DNA of 64,000 bases. Source: Armatimonadota bacterium (GTDB lineage: Bacteria; Armatimonadota; UBA5829; DTLH01). Where the stretch lies: the NCBI GenBank assembly GCA_039679675.1, contig JBDKUN010000028.1, positions 121,954 to 185,953 on the forward strand. The letters are read 5' to 3'. Below are positions 28,601 through 39,208 of the stretch, piece by piece. The notes under the pieces were generated by a model. It had not been told where the DNA came from, ran no database searches, and saw only the letters and a program-made list of their open reading frames with translations. Position 1 is the first letter of the stretch. Every line of letters starts with the position of its first letter. Position numbers and translations under genes: made by a program.

Positions 28601-29733
28601 AAGTAATCCACTTCATCGATCATATGTTCTGCGGAGGCGGGCAGAAACACGTGCTCCTTCTTGCCGAATACCTTCGCAAGCGGGGTATCGAGTCTGTCGT
28701 CATCTGTTCTGATAGCGATGACTACGCCGGGGAATTTGCAAAGCAGGATATTCCTGTCAGAGTAGTCCCGCTGAGGGACTTTAGGGGCCTTTGTGCCGTA
28801 GTTCGCGATGAGAAGGCTGATATTCTTCACGCCCATGGGTTCAGGCATGCAATCATTCTCAGCCTGCTTAAACCGGCACTCAGGCTGCCGTTTGTTTACA
28901 CCCTACATGGCTACCATGGTAGGGCTTTCAAATACAATCCGTCTGCAGCTGCCAAGGTAAAATCCATGCTCAGGAGTTATGCGGATAAATTCGTACACAG
29001 ACGAGCCGATGCGGTGATCTGTGTATCGGAAGCAGACTGTGAGCTGGTCAAATCCCTTGGGTTTGGGTCTCCATCGAAGTACAGCGTTATCCGAAACGGC
29101 ATAGATTGTTCTGTTTTTAGAGAATCACATGGCAGTCCGGCGCGGGAATCGCTTGGCGCAGCTTCCGATGATGTTGTGATTACATCCATATCGCGATTTG
29201 CCTTTCCTAAAGGAAACCGGTACCTTATTGAGGCTATTCCAGCGGTTATTGCCGGACATCCGAATGCACTTTTTCTTCTTGTTGGAGACGGTGAGGACGA
29301 AGAAGAGATGCGTGAGCTTGCCTTTAGTAAATTGAGGCTGCCGAAGGATAGAGCCAGGTTCCTTGGGAGAAGGACCGATATTTGCGGGATCCTTGCCGCT
29401 TCGGACGTGTTTGTAATGCCGTCGCTTTGGGAGGGCCTGCCGATTGCGCTCATAGAGGCTATGGCGGCCGGGGTCCCGCAGGTTGCTTCGGATGTTGACG
29501 GCATCCGTGAAGTCACGGTAAACGGAGAGACAGGCCGCCTTGTTCCCCCGATGGACGCTAAAAAGCTGGCGGAAACGCTCTCATGGATGATAGAATCAAC
29601 TGGCAAACGCGCGGAATACTCGAAAAACAGCGTGCGGCGGGCGAATGAGTATTTCGACGCTGCAGCTATGGCGGATGCTATAGCCGCTCTCTATTCAGAT
29701 ATTGCTGATCGAAAAATGGAGCAGAAACGGTAA
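28597..29733 (+). CDS. Glycosyltransferase family 4
   Basis: GGGQKH, IRNGID, PSLWEGLPIALIEAMAAG. Confidence 0.92.
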   Translation: MKVIHFIDHMFCGGGQKHVLLLAEYLRKRGIESVVICSDSDDYAGEFAKQDIPVRVVPLRDFRGLCAVVRDEKADILHAHGFRHAIILSLLKPALRLPFVYTLHGYHGRAFKYNPSAAAKVKSMLRSYADKFVHRRADAVICVSEADCELVKSLGFGSPSKYSVIRNGIDCSVFRESHGSPARESLGAASDDVVITSISRFAFPKGNRYLIEAIPAVIAGHPNALFLLVGDGEDEEEMRELAFSKLRLPKDRARFLGRRTDICGILAASDVFVMPSLWEGLPIALIEAMAAGVPQVASDVDGIREVTVNGETGRLVPPMDAKKLAETLSWMIESTGKRAEYSKNSVRRANEYFDAAAMADAIAALYSDIADRKMEQKR

Positions 29734-31064
29734 TGCTTGCGGTAGTGCTGGCACTAACTGTAATATTCACGGTCTTGGTTTTCGCAAAGCCCAAGCTGTG
29801 GCTGACTGTTTACCTGGTCATGATGCCGATAGCGCCGCAGGTAGCTATCGGCAATATTCCTCTGTCTCCGACGGAGCCGGTTTTGGCTGCAGCCATCCTC
29901 AGTATATTCTGCAACAAGGTTTTCAGACGCGATCTCAAAGTCGCCTGGGCGCCGCTTTTCATCCCGACGGGGCTTTTCGTTATAATGCTCTTCTTCTCAT
30001 CCATTAACGCCTGGGCGCTCTGGGGGCCGAAGATGGGCCTTATCTCGATGATGAAGTTTATCCGTATAGCAGAAGCATTCGCAGCAATGTACCTTGCCGC
30101 GGAACTCTGGCGAAGTACAGACGATAAGAATACCGGCAAGCTGTTTAAATGGATACTGATCGGCGTCATAGGTGCTGCTGTTTTGGGGCTGATATCGATC
30201 TGGAAGATCGACTGGTTCTTCACTTTGTATAAGGCGGAGGATAACTACGGATTCCAGATCTGGGTCCCAGGACTTGTCATATGGCGGGCAATCGGGGTCT
30301 TTCTTGATCCTAATCACCTGAGTTCTTACCTGTCTATGGGAATCCTGCTGGCTCTCGTCCTTTCGGTGAAATCGAAAATCCCGGTCAATAGGTTCCTTAT
30401 CATCTGCACGCTTGTCATTGGATCGATTGCGCTGCTTTTGACGTTCTCAAGAGCCGGATGGTTGAGCCTGTTCATCTCAACTGTCGTTTATGTGTCCATC
30501 TCGAAGGATCTCAAACGGACAAGAAAGATACAAATTTTATCATCCATTGGTGCGTTTATCGTGCTTGGGATAGCCGTCATCTATCTGGCATTCCCGGATA
30601 TGAGCCTGGGGCTATTGAACCGGGTGCTGGATACCTTCGACCAGGCGTCAGCGGGGGACTGGAACGCTGTCACTTCCACCCGTCTCACCGTCTGGCAGAC
30701 AGGCATTGCGGAGTTTTGTAAATTCCCGATTTTCGGGATAGGCTACAAATGTCTTCCCGAGCTTTTTTTGATGGGAGACAATAATTATCTTACAATGCTG
30801 GCTGAATGCGGCTTGATAGGCGCCGGAATATGGCTTGTATGGCTCCTCAGTGTATCGGTCTACCTCTATAATCTGGCAAAAAGGCATTGGATAGGGGAGT
30901 ATATCCTTGCGGTCTGGGCCGGGCTTGTCATCAACATGGCAACAGCCGATATTATGACTTACTGGAGAACGCTTCCTCTATTTTTCGGACTCCTTGGCGT
31001 AAGCTTCGCTTTTGCGCGCAAACCTGAGATTCCCCCTGCTGAACTTGTGGCGAATATAGAGTAA
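29733..31064 (+). CDS. O-antigen ligase/polymerase family membrane protein
   Basis: Multiple TM helices, DPNHL, LTFSRAGW, R..VW...PIFGIG, NNYL..LAECG. Confidence 0.85.
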   Translation: MLAVVLALTVIFTVLVFAKPKLWLTVYLVMMPIAPQVAIGNIPLSPTEPVLAAAILSIFCNKVFRRDLKVAWAPLFIPTGLFVIMLFFSSINAWALWGPKMGLISMMKFIRIAEAFAAMYLAAELWRSTDDKNTGKLFKWILIGVIGAAVLGLISIWKIDWFFTLYKAEDNYGFQIWVPGLVIWRAIGVFLDPNHLSSYLSMGILLALVLSVKSKIPVNRFLIICTLVIGSIALLLTFSRAGWLSLFISTVVYVSISKDLKRTRKIQILSSIGAFIVLGIAVIYLAFPDMSLGLLNRVLDTFDQASAGDWNAVTSTRLTVWQTGIAEFCKFPIFGIGYKCLPELFLMGDNNYLTMLAECGLIGAGIWLVWLLSVSVYLYNLAKRHWIGEYILAVWAGLVINMATADIMTYWRTLPLFFGLLGVSFAFARKPEIPPAELVANIE

Positions 31065-31295
31065 TTTCGCCGGAAAACTAGCGACTATACATAATATAGC
31101 CGCAGTTGGGGTAAACAGTTACTGGTCTCCATCGTTGAGCGTTGTGAGGGTTCCATGTGACACCTGAAACTCATTAAAAACCGACAACCGACGGACAAAT
31201 AACGCTGATAGTGGTTGACTGTAGCGAGAAAGCATTCTATTATTATCCTTGACTGGCCGGGTGGGTGTGCCCGGGTTCATGGAGGATGCCGGTAA

Positions 31296-32450
31296 TTGAA
31301 AATCGCCATAGTGCATGATTATCTTAATCAGATGGGTGGGGCTGAGAAGGTCGTGGAAGTTTTCCACGATATGTTTCCATCTGCGCCGATTTTCACATCT
31401 GTTTACGTCTCTGCAAACGTATCTGAAAAGTTCCGGGGCGCTGATATTCGTACGTCCTTCATGCAGAAAATCCCTTTTGTAAAGAAATTCTCGCGCCAGT
31501 ATCTGGCGATCTACCCTTACGCATTCGAAGTTTTCGACTTTTCCAGCTACGATGTTGTGCTTTCAAGCTCATCGGCATTCGCCAAGGGAATAATCACCGG
31601 TCCCGATACCTGTCACATTTGCTATTGCCACACTCCGATGCGTTTCGCCTGGCAGTACCATGCGTATATCGAGAGGGAGCGGCTGAACAGGTTCGTTCAG
31701 TCCATTTTGCCGTACGTAGTCCACAGGGTACGGCGGTGGGACGAAATTACCGTTAACCGCGTAGATCATTTTGTATCTAACTCTCATGAGGTGGAGCGCC
31801 GCATCCGAAAATATTACAGGCGGAACAGCACGGTCATATGCCCTCCGGTAGAGACAAAAAAGTTTCGCGTAACGGAGCAGGACGAAGGTTACTTTGTGAT
31901 AATATCCCGCTTGCTCCCGTATAAGAAGATAGATATTGCTATTCAGACAGCTAACATGCTCAAGCTTCCTCTGAAGATCGTAGGGGTCGGCAGGGATGAA
32001 GAACGCCTTAAGAGAATGGCCGGACCGACCGTGGAGTTTACCGGCAGGTTGAGCGACGCCGAAGTCGTAGACTGCCTGCAGCGCTCCCGGGCTCTGATCT
32101 TCCCCGGGCTTGAAGATTTCGGAATAGTCCCGGTGGAGGCAATGGCCTGCGGAAAGCCGGTGATAGCTTACGGGCGCGGAGGCGCGCTGGATACGGTAAT
32201 AGACGGCGTAACCGGCATATTTTTCAGAGCACAGACCCCGGAGGCTTTAACTGAGGCGATCAGCGCGTTTGGAAAGGCGGACTATGACCCTTACACCATT
32301 CGTAAACATGCTGAGACCTTCGACGTCTCCGTATTCCGCCGCAGAATGAGCAAATTTATCGAGGAAATGCTTGAGCAACAGCGAGGGCAGTACGGCATGC
32401 CCAGGCCTGCCGAGCTCGAAGAGGGGCTCGCGCCGGTAGAATATTTATAG
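31296..32450 (+). CDS. Glycosyltransferase family 4
   Basis: IAIVHDYLNQMGGAEKV, YCHTPMRFAW, EDFGIVPVEAMACG. Confidence 0.92.
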   Translation: MKIAIVHDYLNQMGGAEKVVEVFHDMFPSAPIFTSVYVSANVSEKFRGADIRTSFMQKIPFVKKFSRQYLAIYPYAFEVFDFSSYDVVLSSSSAFAKGIITGPDTCHICYCHTPMRFAWQYHAYIERERLNRFVQSILPYVVHRVRRWDEITVNRVDHFVSNSHEVERRIRKYYRRNSTVICPPVETKKFRVTEQDEGYFVIISRLLPYKKIDIAIQTANMLKLPLKIVGVGRDEERLKRMAGPTVEFTGRLSDAEVVDCLQRSRALIFPGLEDFGIVPVEAMACGKPVIAYGRGGALDTVIDGVTGIFFRAQTPEALTEAISAFGKADYDPYTIRKHAETFDVSVFRRRMSKFIEEMLEQQRGQYGMPRPAELEEGLAPVEYL

Positions 32451-32505
32451 TTCCCGAACATGCCCGCCGTAGAAGGCAGCCGGGAATTGGAACGGTGGTT
32501 ATTAA

Positions 32506-33573
32506 GTGAAAGCTTTAGTGCTTAGCGGAGGCCGTGCTACCCGGCTTCGCCCTATCACCTACACGAGTGCCAAACAACTCGTTCCCGTAGCTAACAAGCC
32601 GATACTATTCTACGCACTCGAATCCATACGCGACGCCGGAATAACCGATATCGGCATAATCGTCGGTCATACAGCCGAAGAGATAAAGGCGGCTGTGGGA
32701 AACGGCGAGAAATTCGGCGTTAACGTCACCTACATTCCCCAGGAAGCGCCGCTCGGGCTGGCCCATGCGGTCAAGATCGCACAGCCGTTCATCAAAGACG
32801 ACCGCTTTGTCATGTTCCTCGGCGATAACCTGATCAAAGAAGGCATCACCCATATAGTCCAAAAGTTCCGCGAAGATAAAGACGCTGACGCCCACATTAT
32901 GCTTGCAAAAGTCAAAAACCCGCAGGAATTCGGCGTTGCAGAGCTTAATGGAGACAGAGTCCTCAGGCTGGTCGAAAAGCCCAAAGAGCCTAAATCGGAC
33001 CTGGCGCTCGTCGGGGTATATCTCTTCGACAGCAAAATTTTCGAAGCGATAAATGCGATCAAGCCTTCAGCCAGAGGCGAGCTTGAGATCACCGATGCCA
33101 TCCAGTACTTGATAGAAAAAGACTACATTGTCCGCCATTATCTTATAACAGGATGGTGGAAGGATACCGGAAAGCTGGAGGATATGCTCGAGGCCAACCG
33201 GCTGGTGCTGGAATCGATTGAACCCAAGATTGAGGGCTCTGTGGACGAAGCATCGACGATTTACGGCCGGGTCGTGGTCGAAAAGGGCGCGCAGGTGGTC
33301 GGAAGTGTGGTCCGGGGACCTGCGATCATCGGACAGGGATGCCATATTGAAAATTCATATGTTGGCCCGTTTACTTCTGTCTGTAATCGGGTGACTATAA
33401 CGTCGAGCGAAGTCGAGCACAGCATCATCCTCGAAGACAGCTGCATAAAGGGCATCGGCGCGAGGATCGAAGACAGCCTGATCGGAAAGAACGTGACGGT
33501 TTCAAAAGACAACGGCAAACCGAAAGCCTACCGGTTAATGCTCGGCGATAACAGCAACGTAAGTGTAATTTAA
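32506..33573 (+). CDS. rmlA: Glucose-1-phosphate thymidylyltransferase (long form)
   Basis: LSGGRATRLRP, KQLVPVANKP, PSARGELEITD, C-terminal beta-helix. Confidence 0.93.
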   Translation: MKALVLSGGRATRLRPITYTSAKQLVPVANKPILFYALESIRDAGITDIGIIVGHTAEEIKAAVGNGEKFGVNVTYIPQEAPLGLAHAVKIAQPFIKDDRFVMFLGDNLIKEGITHIVQKFREDKDADAHIMLAKVKNPQEFGVAELNGDRVLRLVEKPKEPKSDLALVGVYLFDSKIFEAINAIKPSARGELEITDAIQYLIEKDYIVRHYLITGWWKDTGKLEDMLEANRLVLESIEPKIEGSVDEASTIYGRVVVEKGAQVVGSVVRGPAIIGQGCHIENSYVGPFTSVCNRVTITSSEVEHSIILEDSCIKGIGARIEDSLIGKNVTVSKDNGKPKAYRLMLGDNSNVSVI

Positions 33574-33588
33574 TCATGGGAGCTATAT

Positions 33589-34044
33589 ATGATTGATGGA
33601 GTCGAGATCAAACAGCTTAAAAGGCATGCTGACGAACGCGGATATCTGATGGAAATGCTCAGGTCGGACGATGATATATTCGAAGTGTTCGGCCAGACCT
33701 ATATATCCATGAACTATCCCGGAGTCATCCGAGCGTGGCATTACCACAAAGAGCAGACCGATTTGTGGGTATGCGTGAAGGGAATGATCAAGGTCGGACT
33801 GTACGACGCCAGAGAGGGTTCGCCCACGCATGGTCAGGCTCAGGCTGTCTATATGGGGGATAACAACAGTGTTCTGCTGAAGATACCTGTAGGAGTCTAC
33901 CATGGGTATAAAACGGTCGGTGTAGAGCCGTCGCTTCTGATAAACTTCCCGACAAAGACGTATAACCGGGAGCACCCGGACGAATACCGCGCTCCGTTCG
34001 ACACTCCAGAGATCCCGTTCGACTGGGACATAAAGTTTTTGTAG
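33589..34044 (+). CDS. rmlC: dTDP-4-dehydrorhamnose 3,5-epimerase family
   Basis: DERGY, GVIRAWHYH, IPVGVYHG; between rmlA and rmlB. Confidence 0.88.
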   Translation: MIDGVEIKQLKRHADERGYLMEMLRSDDDIFEVFGQTYISMNYPGVIRAWHYHKEQTDLWVCVKGMIKVGLYDAREGSPTHGQAQAVYMGDNNSVLLKIPVGVYHGYKTVGVEPSLLINFPTKTYNREHPDEYRAPFDTPEIPFDWDIKFL

Positions 34045-34065
34045 GGAAGGATTTAGGAGCTATTA

Positions 34066-35070
34066 ATGAAACGAATGCTCGTGACCGGCGGGGCCGGTTT
34101 TATAGGAAGCAATTACGTAAGATACGCGCTGAACAAATATCCTGATTATCAGATTACGGTGCTGGATGCGCTTACGTATGCGGGAAACCTCGATAACCTG
34201 GCCGATCTTTCCGGGCCGAGGATGGATTTCATCAAGGGAGACATCAGAAACAGGGAAGATGTTGACGGCCCTGTGCATGACGCCGATCTGGTCGTGAACT
34301 TCGCTGCGGAGTCATTCGTAGACCGGTCGATCCTTGAGCCGGATTCGTTCATCACGACTGATGTGCTCGGCACTCACGTTCTCCTCGAAGCTGCGAGAAA
34401 GCACGGAGTAGAGCGGTTCCTGCATGTATCTACGGATGAGGTCTACGGCGACGTAGCTGAGGGATCGTCGCCCGAAACCGCTCCTATCCGCCCGAACAGC
34501 CCATATTCTGCCAGCAAGGCCGGCGGCGACATTCTGGCCAGGTCATACTTCGTGACCTATGGCCTTCCAGTGGTCATCACCCGCGGGTCGAATACCTACG
34601 GCCCGTATCAGCACCCGGAAAAACTCATCCCGCTCTTCATATCAAATGCAATCGACAACAAGCAACTGCCTGTCTATGGAGACGGCAAGCAAGTCCGGGA
34701 CTGGCTGCACGTTATGGACCACTGCCTGGGAATTGATACAGTGCTCCACAACGGCGTTCTGGGAGAGGCCTATAATGTCGGCGGTGGAAACGAGCGGACG
34801 AATATGGAGATCACGAGCCTCATCCTGAAGTATCTGGACAAGCCCGCAAGCCTCATCAAATATGTGGCAGACCGCCCCGGACACGACAGAAGATACTCAG
34901 TAGATACAGCAAAGCTCCGCGGAATCGGCTGGAAGCCCCAGCACCCGTTTGAGGAAGGGTTGAAAGAGACCGTAGAGTGGTACCGCGACAACCAGGCCTG
35001 GTGGAGAAAAGCCAAAGAGCAAAAAGAGTATCAGCGCTTCTCCGAAGAGTGGTATGAGAAGCGGAAATAG
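34066..35070 (+). CDS. rmlB: dTDP-glucose 4,6-dehydratase
   Basis: TGGAGFIGSN, DALTYAGN, STDEVYG, PYSASKA, DRPGHDRRY. Confidence 0.96.
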   Translation: MKRMLVTGGAGFIGSNYVRYALNKYPDYQITVLDALTYAGNLDNLADLSGPRMDFIKGDIRNREDVDGPVHDADLVVNFAAESFVDRSILEPDSFITTDVLGTHVLLEAARKHGVERFLHVSTDEVYGDVAEGSSPETAPIRPNSPYSASKAGGDILARSYFVTYGLPVVITRGSNTYGPYQHPEKLIPLFISNAIDNKQLPVYGDGKQVRDWLHVMDHCLGIDTVLHNGVLGEAYNVGGGNERTNMEITSLILKYLDKPASLIKYVADRPGHDRRYSVDTAKLRGIGWKPQHPFEEGLKETVEWYRDNQAWWRKAKEQKEYQRFSEEWYEKRK

Positions 35071-35077
35071 CTGACAG

Positions 35078-36049
35078 CTATCGGCTTAATTTCTTCCGAA
35101 TCGCCATAATCGCATTGTATAATACCGGCGACAGCTTAAAGAGGCGTAAACTTATCCTTTTGCACCGGCTGAGGGCCGGGTTGCTCAGGAATTGCGAGTA
35201 ATTGCGGCAGAACTCTTCATTTAGCCTTGATGCGCACTTTTGCGACTGTGGATTCGCTTTGGCCTGACAGTAAAATTTCATCAACAAGGAAGCATAAGAG
35301 CATTCTGTCAGGTCTGCCAATTCCGTCAGTCCATTGGATTTATAAAATTCAATCCGTTCCTGAAAAGCCCGCAGGGCAACCAGTCTCTTTTCAGAGAACG
35401 GAGCCTGCATAATGCTGCCGGACGTTTGCCTGTAGTAATAAAGCTCCCTCTCAATAGCCGCGATCCTTTTCGCTCGATATATCAGTTTGTGCGTCACAAA
35501 TTCATCCTCATGGATGAACCCTGGAGGGAATTCTATGTCAGAGAACAGATGACGCCGGTATAGTTTGTTTACGCAGACAGTAGCCTGCCCGCATCTGGGA
35601 GTGAAATAGTTGTGCAAATACTCTATATTCGTGCTGCAGCTGGTCTCACCGGCGCTCCCCGGCTTAATATCCTCCTCGCGGTCAAAACATAGAAACTGAC
35701 ACACAGCTATATCCGCGTCATTCTCCTCCATAGCTCTATAAAGTGCGGCATACATATCGCTATCTATGATGTCGTCACTGTCTACGAAACCGATATAATC
35801 ACCCGCAGCGTGCCTCAGGCCAGTATTTCTCGCAGCCGATAGCCCGCCGTTCTCCTGATGTATGACCTTAACTCTACTATCTGCCAGAGAATAGCCGTCA
35901 CATATCTGCCCGCAACTGTCTGGCGAACCGTCGTCTACGAGTATAACCTCAAGCTGGGTATAAGTCTGCGCCAATACAGAATCGACACATCGCCTCAAAT
36001 AGGGTTCGACATTGTAAACTGGAATAATGACTGAGATTAATGGAGCCAT
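35078..36049 (-). CDS. Glycosyltransferase family 2
   Basis: ISVIIPVYNVE, DDGSPD, NGGLSAARN, FVDSDD; convergent with the cluster. Confidence 0.92.
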   Translation of the reverse strand: MAPLISVIIPVYNVEPYLRRCVDSVLAQTYTQLEVILVDDGSPDSCGQICDGYSLADSRVKVIHQENGGLSAARNTGLRHAAGDYIGFVDSDDIIDSDMYAALYRAMEENDADIAVCQFLCFDREEDIKPGSAGETSCSTNIEYLHNYFTPRCGQATVCVNKLYRRHLFSDIEFPPGFIHEDEFVTHKLIYRAKRIAAIERELYYYRQTSGSIMQAPFSEKRLVALRAFQERIEFYKSNGLTELADLTECSYASLLMKFYCQAKANPQSQKCASRLNEEFCRNYSQFLSNPALSRCKRISLRLFKLSPVLYNAIMAIRKKLSR

Positions 36050-36236
36050 AGAAGTAATACCATTTCCACAGCAGGTGTAATTTTAATTCAAGCTGCCGGG
36101 CTAGAATAATCTTACCATATCGCTTGTTCGATTGCTATGACCGTGCTGTGTTCAGTGAAAATTGGTAAGCCCGTAGAACAGATTAGGACATAAATTTCGG
36201 GCGCAAATTTCCCCATGGTAATGTTTCCCAACCCTA

Positions 36237-36289
36237 TTGACGCGGTATATCTTGTGTGGTATCTTGAAACGCACCACAATATATAGTAT
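36237..36289 (+). promoter_or_regulatory. sigma70 promoter overlapped by tandem NrdR boxes
   Basis: TTGACG-17-TATCTT (36237-36265); boxes gcgGTATATCTTGtgt (36242-36257) and ccaCAATATATAGtat (36274-36289), 32 bp apart. Confidence 0.8.
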
Positions 36290-36311
36290 CAGAAAGGTCG
36301 TGCTGAAACAG

Positions 36312-36785
36312 GTGAAATGCCCCTACTGCGGATACCAGGAAGACAAAGTACTCGACTCCAGAAGCGTCCGCGACGGCGAAGAAGTTAAACGCAGGCGCGA
36401 ATGCCTTGAGTGCGGCCGCCGGTTCACTACCTACGAGCACATAGAGGAAATGCAGGTCATGGTCATCAAAAAAGACCAGCGGCGCGAATCGTTCGACCGG
36501 AACAAGGTCCTGCGCGGTATGCGCTCCGCCTGCGAAAAGCGGCCAATCAGCGTCGAGACTCTGGAGTCGTCAGTAGATGATATTGAGCGGGCTATCTACG
36601 ACAGCGGCAGGAAGGAAATCAGCTCCGCCGAGGTCGGAGATATGGTCATCGAGTCTTTGAGAGCGCTCGATCAGGTGGCGTATGTCCGGTTCGCATCGGT
36701 CTACTGGCAGTTCGAAAACGTTACTCAGTTCAAAGAAATTGTGGACGTGCTTGGAGGCCGCAAGCGGCGGCGGCAATCCGCATAA
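36312..36785 (+). CDS. nrdR: Transcriptional repressor NrdR
   Basis: MKCPYC, DSR, RRRECLECGRRFTTYE, ATP cone, VAYVRFASVY. Confidence 0.97.
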   Translation: MKCPYCGYQEDKVLDSRSVRDGEEVKRRRECLECGRRFTTYEHIEEMQVMVIKKDQRRESFDRNKVLRGMRSACEKRPISVETLESSVDDIERAIYDSGRKEISSAEVGDMVIESLRALDQVAYVRFASVYWQFENVTQFKEIVDVLGGRKRRRQSA

Positions 36786-36883
36786 AAACACCAACAGCCG
36801 TATTTACGGGACAAGGGAGTCCCAAAAACCATTAATAATATCCATTAAATTTGCAATTATAACTCAAAACGAGGTCATGGAGG

Positions 36884-39121
36884 ATGGGAATGCTGACACA
36901 AAACGCGCTGACCGTGCTTGAAAAACGGTATCTTAGGAAAAACGAAGAAGGAAAGACGGTAGAGACTCCGGAAGGTATGTTCCAGCGGGTCGCCGGGGCT
37001 ATGGCCGGGGTTGAAGAGAACTACGGCAAGTCCAAATCGGAAATAGAGGCAATCAGTTCCGATTTCTACGAAATGATCTCGAACCTTGAGTTCCTGCCGA
37101 ACAGCCCGACGCTCATGAACGCGGGCCGCGAACTGGGACAGCTTTCAGCCTGCTTCGTTTTGCCCATCGGCGACTCCATGGACAGTATCTTCGAGACGAT
37201 CAAGCACACAGCGCTTATCCACAAGAGCGGCGGCGGCACAGGGTTTGCCTTCTCAAGGCTGCGCCCGGCGAACGATGTCGTTCAATCGACGAACGGCGTA
37301 TCGAGCGGCCCCATCACCTTCATGGACGTGTTCAACTCGGCGACGGAAGCGATCAAACAGGGTGGAACAAGGCGCGGCGCAAATATGGGCTGCCTCAGGG
37401 TAGACCATCCCGACATTCTGGAGTTCATCACCTGCAAGAAGGACAACGACCGGCTGACCAATTTCAACATATCCGTGCTTTTGACCGAGAAGTTCATGCA
37501 GGCAGCCGAGCAAGACAAGGACTACGATCTCCTGAACCCGAGGACCGGGAAAGTCGTAAAGAGCCTGTCAGCAAAGAAAGTCTTCGACCTCATCATCAAC
37601 ATGGCGTGGTCGAACGGCGAGCCGGGGATCATCTTCATCGACCGGATCAACCGCGACAACCCGACGCCGCACATCGGAGAGATCGAGTCGACGAACCCCT
37701 GCGGTGAGCAGCCGCTCCTGCCTTACGAGTCGTGCAACCTCGGTTCCATCAACCTCGCCAAGATGGTGACTGTGGATGACGGTCATCTGGCGGTCAATTA
37801 CGACCGGCTGCGGGATGTAGTCCGAAACGCCGTCCGGTTTTTGGACAACGTAATCGACGCGAACAAGTACCCGATCAAAAAGATCGCGCAGATGACGAGA
37901 GGCAACCGAAAGATCGGGCTCGGCGTGATGGGTTTTGCTGACCTCTTGATCCAGCTCGGCATCCCGTACGACAGTGAAGAGGGAATCCACACAGCGGAAC
38001 AGGTAATGAGCTTCATCTCCGAAGAAGCGAGAAGGATGTCCACCGAACTTGCCGAAGAGCGCGGAGTATTCCCGAACTTCACCGGCAGCATCTTCGACAG
38101 CAGGGACGCGCTGAAGGTCAGAAACGCGACAGTTACGACCATCGCGCCGACCGGGACGCTTTCGATCATCGCGAGTTGCTCCAGCGGGGTCGAGCCGCTC
38201 TTCGCTGTAAGCTATGTCCGCCGGGTTATGGACGGGGCGGAGCTTGTGGAGGTGAACCCCTACTTCGAGAAGATCGCAAGAGAGCGGGAGTTCTACAGTG
38301 AGCAGTTGATGAGGGAGATCGCAGAGCGCGGAAGCGTGCGCGGGCTGGACAGCGTTCCGCTCGACGTGCAAAAGATATTCGGCACGGCGCTCGACATCCC
38401 GCCGGTATGGCACATCAGGATGCAGGCGGCGTTCCAGAGGTTCACGGACAACGCCGTATCGAAGACGGTGAACTTTCCTGAAAACGCAACTCCGGACGAT
38501 GTCCGCGAGGTCTACACTCTGGCATACAAAGAGGGATGCAAGGGCTGCACAATCTATCGCTACGGCAGCCGCGAGTCGCAGGTGCTGTCTTTTGCCGGAT
38601 CGGGCACGAAAGCGGCCGATACTTCCGCGAAAGAGGTCAACCGCGGGCCGAGACCCAGGCCGACGAGGACTTACGGTTCGACCGAGCGCATCAACACTGG
38701 CTGCGGCAACCTGTACGTCACGATCAACGAGGATGAATACGGCCTCTTTGAGGTATTCACCGCTATGGGCAAGGCCGGAGGCTGCGCCGGGAGCCAGTTG
38801 GAGGCCATAGGCAGGCTCATTTCAATCGGGCTCAGGTCTGGAGTCTCGCCGAGATCGATTATCAAACACCTGAGAGGAATCCGCTGTCCCTCGCCTGCGT
38901 GGGGGACGGGAGGATCGATACTCTCCTGTGCTGATGCCATCGGAATCGCGCTGGAGAGGTATCTTGACGCGAAAGAGACCGGCGAGATCAGCGAAGGGAT
39001 CAGCAAGACGACCGATAAACTGGACAACCTGATGGGCGCCTGCCCGGACTGCGGCGGCGCGATAGAGCACGAAAGCGGCTGCGTAGTCTGCCGCCTATGC
39101 GGCTTCAGCCGATGCGGGTAG
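36884..39121 (+). CDS. nrdJ: Class II (adenosylcobalamin-dependent) ribonucleotide reductase with C-terminal TSCPD-like domain and zinc ribbon
   Basis: PNSPTLMNAG, SACFV, TNPCGEQ, CNLGSINL, IAPTGT, SCADAI, CPDC...C..CG; no nrdB nearby. Confidence 0.93.
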   Translation: MGMLTQNALTVLEKRYLRKNEEGKTVETPEGMFQRVAGAMAGVEENYGKSKSEIEAISSDFYEMISNLEFLPNSPTLMNAGRELGQLSACFVLPIGDSMDSIFETIKHTALIHKSGGGTGFAFSRLRPANDVVQSTNGVSSGPITFMDVFNSATEAIKQGGTRRGANMGCLRVDHPDILEFITCKKDNDRLTNFNISVLLTEKFMQAAEQDKDYDLLNPRTGKVVKSLSAKKVFDLIINMAWSNGEPGIIFIDRINRDNPTPHIGEIESTNPCGEQPLLPYESCNLGSINLAKMVTVDDGHLAVNYDRLRDVVRNAVRFLDNVIDANKYPIKKIAQMTRGNRKIGLGVMGFADLLIQLGIPYDSEEGIHTAEQVMSFISEEARRMSTELAEERGVFPNFTGSIFDSRDALKVRNATVTTIAPTGTLSIIASCSSGVEPLFAVSYVRRVMDGAELVEVNPYFEKIAREREFYSEQLMREIAERGSVRGLDSVPLDVQKIFGTALDIPPVWHIRMQAAFQRFTDNAVSKTVNFPENATPDDVREVYTLAYKEGCKGCTIYRYGSRESQVLSFAGSGTKAADTSAKEVNRGPRPRPTRTYGSTERINTGCGNLYVTINEDEYGLFEVFTAMGKAGGCAGSQLEAIGRLISIGLRSGVSPRSIIKHLRGIRCPSPAWGTGGSILSCADAIGIALERYLDAKETGEISEGISKTTDKLDNLMGACPDCGGAIEHESGCVVCRLCGFSRCG

Positions 39122-39144
39122 GGGGCAGTCTGACCATGTAATAG

Positions 39145-39178
39145 TACATCATGGCATAGTTAGCTATGCCATGATGTA
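39145..39178. other. Perfect 15-bp hairpin between nrdJ and the DUF3800 gene
   Basis: TACATCATGGCATAG-TTAG-CTATGCCATGATGTA. Confidence 0.7.
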
Positions 39179-39208
39179 TCAATATTATGAGATGAGGGTT
39201 CTGTCGAT

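Noticed and set aside
36884..39121. Intein or intron in nrdJ (a common host gene)
   Set aside because: ORF is continuous and of ordinary length, and TNPCGEQ is uninterrupted.
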